DNA of 64,000 bases from Trichoplax adhaerens (lineage: Eukaryota; Animalia; Placozoa), in the NCBI RefSeq assembly GCF_000150275.1, contig NW_002060947.1, forward strand, positions 6,277,648-6,341,647, read 5' to 3'. Position numbers and translations under genes: made by a program. The notes beneath the pieces were generated by a model, which saw only the letters and a list, made by a program, of their open reading frames with translations, was not told the DNA's origin and searched no databases. This document shows, piece by piece, positions 61,151 through 64,000 of this stretch; the stretch's first letter is position 1, and every line of letters starts with the position of its first letter.

Positions 61151-64000
61151 ATTCTAGATAAAATAAATTCTTTGTCTGTCTTAATATGTATTGATAGCAA
61201 CAATACTGTACAAAGTATTTTTTATAAAATAAACTTATGCTCGTGTCTGATTTATTCACGATAATTTATTATCATACAGATAATTTTATAACAGATTAGA
61301 TGTAAAGCAATTCGAACCGTAATGAATCGTTTAAGTAAAAATTCAAGGGATATGCAGTCGTTATTAAATTAGCACATTTATTTACGTGTACTAATAGAAT
61401 AATAGTGTACAAATTATCCTTAAAATTTAAGACTAATCTCGCCTCTAACTACCGTTTGCCGTGACTGATTAAATATATTGTATTAAATTTTCAATGGTAA
61501 ATTAAAATGTCATTTAGCTCAATTAAACTAATTAAATAACATTTATGGGATATATTTTTGCGGCATTTATAGCAGATACATTCCTATATGCTTATAGTCT
61601 AATCTTACATTAATTGTTTATCAAAAAATCTAGAATACACCGTACTTGTTTTTAATTCTATAATCATTAGGGATCACGCAGATATTTGCTAAGATACTTC
61701 GATGAATACAATTAAATGTAATTAGTACTCAAATAAAAAATTAAATGAGATATATTTATATAAGTAACTGCTAGTATCTATATTATAATTATATGAAGAC
61801 TGGTTGAATTTTCCATATAGGCGTTTAAATAAGATTATACTGATGTTAATAATGGATTGAAAACTTTTTCATTCTGTTTATTTGAAAGAAAAAATGCGTC
61901 TGTCGGCTTGTTGACATTACTGGTGCGATATCCGATGGAACGTAATAATATTGGTTAGGTATAATTTTGAAAGTTTTGTGGCCTTACAATTATCTTCGAA
62001 ATTATGCAAATAAATAAAAGGATTTGTATACTTTGTATCGGTTAATCTTATAGAGTAAGTAATATATTAGGTTTGTTTTGAATAATTATAAATTCATAAT
62101 ACCAAGTTATAATCACTAATATTAAGCTGTACAGAAAGCTTAATTTGTGGCACGATTGCTACGATAATGCGCAAATTCTTTATCACGCAGGGGTCTAAAT
62201 TAATTTAATGTATAAGTGTATTCTCCGTATGCAAATGCAGAGAATAGAAATGTCTTAACTGTTTTGAAAAAAAATTTTTAGTTGTATCGTATGATTTTTA
62301 AGATTAATAAATACAGAAGTCATTTTCCGCACGTTTTTAGCGTCTTCTTAGGTCTGAGTTGAATTTTGGTGATTTTTTTATCCTATGTTTATTCTAAGAA
62401 ATCCTATTCATGGTACAAATCTATTTAATACTGTTGCATTGAATGCTCATAAAAGAACTTACGTGTATAGATGCTCCTCTTCTTGTGGATTAATCGTTTC
62501 CATTTTAACTCAATTTCCAACGATTATAAATTAAAATCGCTATATAGAGATGAAATCAATTTGAGTAAACTTAATTATCGGGAAAGAATTGAGTTGATGA
62601 TAATTAGAAGTGCTGAGATGAAAGATAAGCATTTAAAAATGAAAAATTTTCCCTTTTTCAGACAAAAACATTGCTTAACATTAGCCTCTAATATTGCATG
62701 AAAGTTCAATTTTTTACCTTCAAAATAGGTTTAGTATGCCTTTCTTCTTCAGTAGTGTAAATGTTACTTAGGGTTGTTTCGTTGAGGTATTCACAGGTTA
62801 ACTAAAGTAATTTCAAGGTTCCTAAAGGAATTTATCCTTTGAACCTCAGTAAAAGTTTATTTATATTCTTGTCCAAGTAGCCAATCAATGATTTTAAATA
62901 AGATATTCCAATAAATAAATCTGGCGACACCCTCCATCATTTATTCAAGGCAATGGTATTATTTTGAGTGATAATATTGTCAGTACCATGCAAGAATGCT
63001 AATTAGTCACGAAAGTAGCACGAGCTAGTCCAATGTGATCTTTCATGATGTTGAAAGCTATACAGTGAAGGCGATATTATTAAAGTTACGTCAAATTGTT
63101 ATAGATATTGCTAAAATCGCTGGCAGGTGGTCTCTCTAGTTCAATATAGCCAATAAAAGATATGGAATGAATATGAGGTCACGGCGGAATTTATTTATTC
63201 TTGGAAGTTGTTTAGATTTTTAAGCAGCTTAGAATAACAGCAAGCTTACTGACTTAAGACAAGCATGAAATTTTACTATATGCATGAATATGCAATAACT
63301 AGTCACGTTTAGAAATAACTGCAGTATGTTTCAATTTTATGAGTATAGATAGTCCAGCTAAGAAATTTATGACGTATTCTCTCAAAATTAACTGCTAAAA
63401 AATCCATCATGCATCATTTTTTAATCACCTAATCAAGTATTGCACTTAGAACTTGTAAGTAACTAGAAGTAGTCGAGAATATCGTCTGATCTATGCTGAA
63501 GAAATCAGAAAAATTATGTACTAGTAAGTTATTAATCAGGCTGATTTAAGATAGCATATAAATTCTACAAGCCGATTATTTCTTCCTACTCTATATACAT
63601 TTAAATCGCTAGCGATTATGCCTAAATGTTATTATTGATCTCAGAAGAACTTAGCAAGCACTACTGATAATATAGGATAGATTTGGAAGCAGGCAGAATT
63701 CATAAATTGAAAATTTAGAAAGTATCGAAATCCCTTATAATAGTTTATCATATCTTTTTGCGTAATACTTGGCTGTATTTTGATTTGATAATTTTATACA
63801 CGTATAACTTCTTATGGTGTCGTAATAAATTCAAGCAAATGTTATATTCAATTTATCTGTATAAATGCTAAATATTAGTATAAAAAAGTCGTATATTACG
63901 ACTTCTTGACAGTAAACAGTTATGTCTACTTAGTTACTTAATATTGGGTAACAATTTTTTTGTAACTTCACTCTTTATAAAATAGGATTGAATTAAGAAT

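Noticed and set aside
62718-62801. Candidate upstream exon of the PAS gene (LTCEYLNETTLSNIYTTEEERHTKPILK)
   Set aside because: It ends in phase 0 while the next exon needs phase 2, and it has no bHLH similarity.

Overview
AT-rich eukaryotic (animal) genomic DNA with many short GT-AG introns. Composition, intron density and gene content suggest a non-bilaterian such as a placozoan (Trichoplax-like); this is inference only. The ORF track shows only exon fragments, so gene models were spliced by hand. Contents from left to right: (1) a repeat-rich, relatively GC-rich promoter region with a possible small divergent spliced gene; (2) a ~66-exon neurobeachin/LRBA gene (+, 1891-26201) carrying an intronless MAB21 gene on the opposite strand inside a 5.5-kb intron that splits the PH domain; (3) two tandem 8-exon paralogues (-, 27501-39788 and 45480-51699), each encoding signal peptide + two glycerophosphodiester phosphodiesterase (GDPD) domains + a GPI-anchor-like tail; (4) the 3' part of a PAS-A/PAS-B (bHLH-PAS-type) transcription factor gene (-, 56204 to >60914). 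About 15 locus-specific degenerate tandem arrays, a foldback MITE and a perfect hairpin lie in introns and intergenic DNA. The most interesting items are the tandem-GDPD GPI ectoenzyme pair (unlike characterised animal GDEs, architecturally like plant GDPDL/SHV3), with exon-limited gene conversion and one domain that has lost a catalytic His; a MAB21 with a rearranged nucleotidyltransferase acidic triad; and overlapping calcineurin-docking motifs in a symmetric neurobeachin exon.
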